Assembly (NCBI GenBank): GCA_049320885.1
Contig: JBMORA010000009.1
Coordinates: 192,001-256,000 of the forward strand
Reading direction: 5' to 3'
Origin: Thermodesulfobacteriota bacterium
GTDB taxonomy: Bacteria > Desulfobacterota > Desulfobacteria > Desulfobacterales > SURF-7
DNA: 64,000 bases
A model generated the notes under the pieces. That model saw only the letters and a list, made by a program, of their open reading frames with translations. It ran no database searches and was not told where the DNA came from. Positions 60,148 to 64,000 of the stretch are shown here, piece by piece. The position numbers were made by a program, and so were the translations under genes. The first letter of the stretch is position 1. The number at the start of each line of letters is the position of its first letter.

Positions 60148-61431
60148 TTATGAATCCGGAAACACCATGCGCAGCAATTGTTCGCGGCTGATCATGCCCT
60201 TGAAGCATCCATTCTGATCCAGCACCGGCAGGCGCTTGATTCCCTTGGCCGTCATGAGGTGAATCGCCTCGTCGAGAACGGTTTCTTCCAAAACTGTCAG
60301 GAGATTCCTCTGCATCACCTCGCCGGCTGACTTTTTAAGCAGATTTCCGCCCGGGCCCCTGTCCGGACGGGACTGACCCCTGCGGTGCGTCAAGGCGGCG
60401 ATATACTCCCAAACGCCCCTGGGGTGACGGTCGAAAACGGCCAGCAGATCCCGGTCCGAGATCATTCCCAGAAACCGTCCGGCTTTGTCCACCACCGCCA
60501 CCCGCTGAATCCGGTCGGCATCGATGAGTCGGATCACCTCCAGCACGGGCGTTTCTGGTAATACGCTGCGGGTTTCCCGGTGCATGATGTCGGACACGAA
60601 CCGCGGATCGTCGGTGGCGACATTTCTCTGCCGCAAGGCCTGGCGGTTGGGAAAATCCCTGGAGATGGCCTGAAAAATATCGATCCGCGACAGCATCCCG
60701 GCCAACCGTCCTTCTCCATCCGTCACCGGCATGCGTTTCACCTGGTGCCGGATCATGGCGCGGACGGCGTCCGTTGCCAGGGAATCGGCACTGATGGTGA
60801 CCACCGGGTGGGACATGATTTCCTCGGCGCATTTTCCGGCAAGTTCCGCCAGCAATCTATCCATTGCCGATCGATCCGCTGTCGGCATCAGGCCGACCCG
60901 CAGGGGCAGGTTCGCCCGGTAGATCAAATCCGTCTGGGTGATGATGCCCGCCGGCCGGTTCTGCTCATCCACCACCGGAACACCACGAAAGTCGGCATTG
61001 CACAGCAGTCGCGCCGTGTCGCTAACCGGGGTTTTTCTCGATACGGCTTTTGGGGCGGGTGTCATGATATCCCGGACACGCAGGTGGCTGGGAATCAGGG
61101 ACGGACGGATCCGGTAGCGATGGATGGTGATTTCCCGGCTGGTGACGATTCCCTCGCCGACCATGGCTTCCATTTCCGGCAAGACCCGCGCCAGTTCAGA
61201 GGACGGCAGCAGGATTTCGACTTTTATGGGCATATTATAAGACAATTCCAGGATATTGCGCGTGGCCCGGTCCCCGTTTTCATAACAGGCGTCGGTCCCT
61301 TTCAAAACCATGCAGCGGGCTCCGATTTTCAGATCCCGGGTATAATCCACCAGGGCCTCGGCCAGGGATTTGCGGCCGGAACGCGCACTTTCGCTGATAA
61401 AGATTTCAATCATGCTGTATGGAAAAGTCAT
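60148..61431 (-). CDS. DUF190 (PII-like) + four-CBS-domain protein
   Basis: IEIFISES...ILELSYNMPIKVEI DUF190 pattern; four M-[ST/H/Q]-started CBS repeats; follows crcB. Confidence 0.82.
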   Translation of the reverse strand: MTFPYSMIEIFISESARSGRKSLAEALVDYTRDLKIGARCMVLKGTDACYENGDRATRNILELSYNMPIKVEILLPSSELARVLPEMEAMVGEGIVTSREITIHRYRIRPSLIPSHLRVRDIMTPAPKAVSRKTPVSDTARLLCNADFRGVPVVDEQNRPAGIITQTDLIYRANLPLRVGLMPTADRSAMDRLLAELAGKCAEEIMSHPVVTISADSLATDAVRAMIRHQVKRMPVTDGEGRLAGMLSRIDIFQAISRDFPNRQALRQRNVATDDPRFVSDIMHRETRSVLPETPVLEVIRLIDADRIQRVAVVDKAGRFLGMISDRDLLAVFDRHPRGVWEYIAALTHRRGQSRPDRGPGGNLLKKSAGEVMQRNLLTVLEETVLDEAIHLMTAKGIKRLPVLDQNGCFKGMISREQLLRMVFPDS

Positions 61432-61436
61432 GGAAT

Positions 61437-61826
61437 CTATCCGTTCGCAAGGAGTCGTTTCACCACCCACATGCCTGCCAGAACAGAAGCAAAGCCGAAA
61501 ACATTGCTTGCCAGGATGTTCATGCCCGCTGTCAGCGGGTCGCCGCCGCGAAAGGCTTGAATGGATTCCAGGGCGTAGGTTGAAAATGTCGTCAGCGCCC
61601 CCACAAACCCGGTCATGAAGAACAGGCGCGCCGATGGACCGAAAAACGGGGTGCGATCGGCCATGGCGAATGCCGCACCGATGAAAAAACAGCCGATCAG
61701 GTTGGCGGCCAGGGTCCCCAGCGGGAAGCGGCCGTTATAAACAGCCGCGGCGGCCCATGAAAGTCCGAACCGGCAGACGGCGCCGAGGCATCCTCCCGCC
61801 ATGACCAGCAGAATTGATTTCATCAC
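61437..61826 (-). CDS. crcB: Fluoride channel Fluc/CrcB
   Basis: GGCLGAVCR, GTLAANLIG, GFVGALTTFST. Confidence 0.94.
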   Translation of the reverse strand: MMKSILLVMAGGCLGAVCRFGLSWAAAAVYNGRFPLGTLAANLIGCFFIGAAFAMADRTPFFGPSARLFFMTGFVGALTTFSTYALESIQAFRGGDPLTAGMNILASNVFGFASVLAGMWVVKRLLANG

Positions 61827-61832
61827 TCTTTC

Positions 61833-63128
61833 TCAGGACCGCCTGTTCATCAGTTCTTCAATTTCATCCGGCTCGATGGGAATATTCCGGGTAAGGTCCA
61901 CCGGACCTGTTGCGGTCAACAGGATATCGTTTTCAAGCCGGATTCCAAATCCTTCTTCACGGATGTAGATGCCCGGTTCGCAAGTCAGCACCATGCCGGC
62001 CGAAAGCGGCTGATTCCGGTCCCCGTTGTCGTGGACATCAAGCCCCAGATGATGGGAAACCCCATGCATGAAGTATTTCCGGTACAGGGGGTCATCCTTG
62101 GATTGCCGCTTTACCTCACCGCGCTGCAACAAGCCCAGGCGGACAAGTTCTCCCTCCATATATTCCCCCACCTGTCGCTGATACTGGTCCAGGGTGATTC
62201 CGGGATGAAGTTCCTGAATCGCCGCCCGCTGGATGCGCAAGACGGATTCATACACATCGCGCTGCCGGGGAGTGAAACGACCGTCCACCGGGATTGTCCG
62301 GGTGACATCGGCGGCGTAATTGGCGTATTCCGCACCCGTGTCGATCAGCACCAGATCGCCTTCCCGGCACTGATGATGATTTTTGACGTAATGCAATACG
62401 CAGGAATTGGCTCCGGATGCGACAATCGGCTCGAAGGCCGGCCCCCGCGAGCGATTGCGGATATATTCATGGACGATTTCCGCCTCGATTTCAAATTCCC
62501 ATACACCCGGACGGATAAAGCCGAACAACCGCCGAAAACCCTTTTCCGTAATCCCGCAGGCCCGGGAGATCAGGGATATTTCCATCTCGGATTTGATGAT
62601 CCGAAGATCGCGCATCAACGGCGCCAGACGCTGGTAATGGTGCAGGGGGAAGGACCGTTGGCACCAGTCGATGAAGCGTCTGTCACGACTTTCCACAGCG
62701 GTGTCGGCCCGCAGATGTTCGTTGGTGTTGAGATAGATATGATCGGAGGCGATCAGCAGCGGCCGCAGGATTTTTTCAAACATGCCCGTCCAGTAAACCG
62801 TCCGGACCCCGGATACCGTCCGGGCCTCTTCCTGGGAGTATTTTTCGCCCTCCCAAAGCGCAATTTCCGCGTTGGTTTCCGGAATGAACAACATCTCCCG
62901 GTGCTTTTCCTCCACCGCGTCCGGGCAGATCACCAGGATACAGTCGGCCTGGTCGATGCCGCACAAATAGAAGAAATCCGTCTGCTGAATGAACGGGCGG
63001 GTACCGTCCCCGCTGGTGGGGGATACATCACTGGCATGCAGAATGGCGATGGCTTTCGATTTGAGACCACGAGCCAGGCGGCTGCGGTTGGTGATGAAAA
63101 GCGTCGGATCGACAGGTGCGTATCGCAT
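61833..63128 (-). CDS. pepP: Xaa-Pro aminopeptidase (M24B)
   Basis: QTDFFYLCG N-domain, LHY, DTG...YAADVTRT, HHLGLDVHD, EPGIY, IRLEND; start ATG 63128. Confidence 0.9.
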   Translation of the reverse strand: MRYAPVDPTLFITNRSRLARGLKSKAIAILHASDVSPTSGDGTRPFIQQTDFFYLCGIDQADCILVICPDAVEEKHREMLFIPETNAEIALWEGEKYSQEEARTVSGVRTVYWTGMFEKILRPLLIASDHIYLNTNEHLRADTAVESRDRRFIDWCQRSFPLHHYQRLAPLMRDLRIIKSEMEISLISRACGITEKGFRRLFGFIRPGVWEFEIEAEIVHEYIRNRSRGPAFEPIVASGANSCVLHYVKNHHQCREGDLVLIDTGAEYANYAADVTRTIPVDGRFTPRQRDVYESVLRIQRAAIQELHPGITLDQYQRQVGEYMEGELVRLGLLQRGEVKRQSKDDPLYRKYFMHGVSHHLGLDVHDNGDRNQPLSAGMVLTCEPGIYIREEGFGIRLENDILLTATGPVDLTRNIPIEPDEIEELMNRRS

Positions 63129-63133
63129 GATGG

Positions 63134-63499
63134 TTATGGCAGCAGTTCCTGGACGGCGGCAATCAAATCCTTTTGGGCGATGGGTTTGGCGAATGTACGG
63201 ACTGCGCCCAGTTTTTGGGCCAGGCTCAGATAATCCGTCGGTTTGTTTCGTCCCCCCCCGGACATGGCGATGATTTTGATGCCAGGACACGCCCGTTTCA
63301 TTTCAATGATGGTTTCCAGGCCTTCTTTTTCCGGCATGATGATATCGGTGATGATCAGGTCGGCCGGGTCGTTCCGCTGAAGCGCCAGGGCTGCTTTTCC
63401 GTCCGGGGCGTCCGATACCCTGAGACCGATGCGTTCAAGCATCTGGCGGAGCATGGAGCGGATCTGGGGTTCGTCGTCAATGATCAGGACATGCGGCAT
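63134..63499 (-). CDS. Single-domain response regulator (CheY-like)
   Basis: IIDDE, ITDIIMP, SGG, KP; start ATG 63499. Confidence 0.92.
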   Translation of the reverse strand: MPHVLIIDDEPQIRSMLRQMLERIGLRVSDAPDGKAALALQRNDPADLIITDIIMPEKEGLETIIEMKRACPGIKIIAMSGGGRNKPTDYLSLAQKLGAVRTFAKPIAQKDLIAAVQELLP

Positions 63500-63551
63500 A
63501 GGGAGCCTGCCTTTCGGATATGGAGTCGGATACGACTGGGACACTGGAAAA

Positions 63552-63581
63552 AGTATACCAGAGCCGAATGAAAAAGGTCAA
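63552..63581 (-). promoter_or_regulatory. sigma70-type promoter of the RR-pepP-crcB unit
   Basis: Minus strand TTGACC-N18-TATACT with extended TG. Confidence 0.6.
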
Positions 63582-63598
63582 ACTGAATCCTCCCGCTG

Positions 63599-64000
63599 TT
63601 AACGGCCGGATTGCTTCTGAAGCATGCGTTCCAGGGCCGACCGGTGATCCTCACTGGAATGGCACAGGGCCTGGAAGGCGGCGGACTGTTCCAGAAGATG
63701 CGGCAGTGCCATGTACTGCCCCATGTATAAAAGCCGTTTCGACAGACGAAGCGCCGCCGCCGGTTTGTCGGTGATTTTTGCCGCCAATGCCTGGGCGCTC
63801 TGGAGCAGGACATGGTGATCGACCACCTGGTTTACCAGACCGATGGCAAGGGCTTTTTCGGCCTCGATCACCTCGCCGGTGAACGTCAGCTCGCAGGCAT
63901 TGGCCATCCCGACGACCCGGGGCAGGAAATACGCGCCGCCATCGCCAGGTATCAGGCCCACCTGCAGAAAAGTCTCCCCGAATTTTGCCCGGACCGAGGC
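63599..64000 (-). CDS. Enoyl-CoA hydratase/isomerase family, C-terminal part
   Basis: FGETF..VGLIPGDGG, FTGEVIEAEKALAIGLVN; 5' end outside the window. Confidence 0.9.
   Translation of the reverse strand, partial: ASVRAKFGETFLQVGLIPGDGGAYFLPRVVGMANACELTFTGEVIEAEKALAIGLVNQVVDHHVLLQSAQALAAKITDKPAAALRLSKRLLYMGQYMALPHLLEQSAAFQALCHSSEDHRSALERMLQKQSGR

Overview
Chromosomal window from an anaerobic, moderately GC-rich bacterium; gene content and style suggest Desulfobacterota (inference). No CRISPR array, integrase, transposase or rRNA is recognisable. From left to right: a dksA-fliN-PIN/PhoH unit; a nitrogen cluster glnD-glnB-glnA and glnK-amtB with two clear sigma54 promoters and a shared upstream motif; rlmI; a class II photolyase; a ~25 kb block of lipid/hydrophobic-substrate genes; housekeeping genes (mutL, gatCA, argS, two tRNA-Ser); redox genes; and a crcB unit. 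Best candidate for an undescribed system (35255-42103): a TetR-controlled operon encoding two paralogous tandem-SCP2 lipid-binding proteins, a class III aminotransferase closely resembling the fumonisin (sphinganine-analogue) aminotransferase FumI, and a split transketolase lacking the conserved hydroxyl-binding Asp, with alanine dehydrogenase downstream of the divergent tetR. The chemistry fits a transaminase-transketolase route that cleaves (or builds) long-chain 2-amino-1,3-diols such as sphingoid bases. Second candidate (18538-29098): a sigma54-driven operon (ADH, ALDH, SCP2, two phytoene-dehydrogenase-family flavoproteins, acyl-CoA ligase) whose architecture parallels the anaerobic monoterpene CtmAB/GeoABC route. 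All family calls come from motif recognition by eye; no searches were run.
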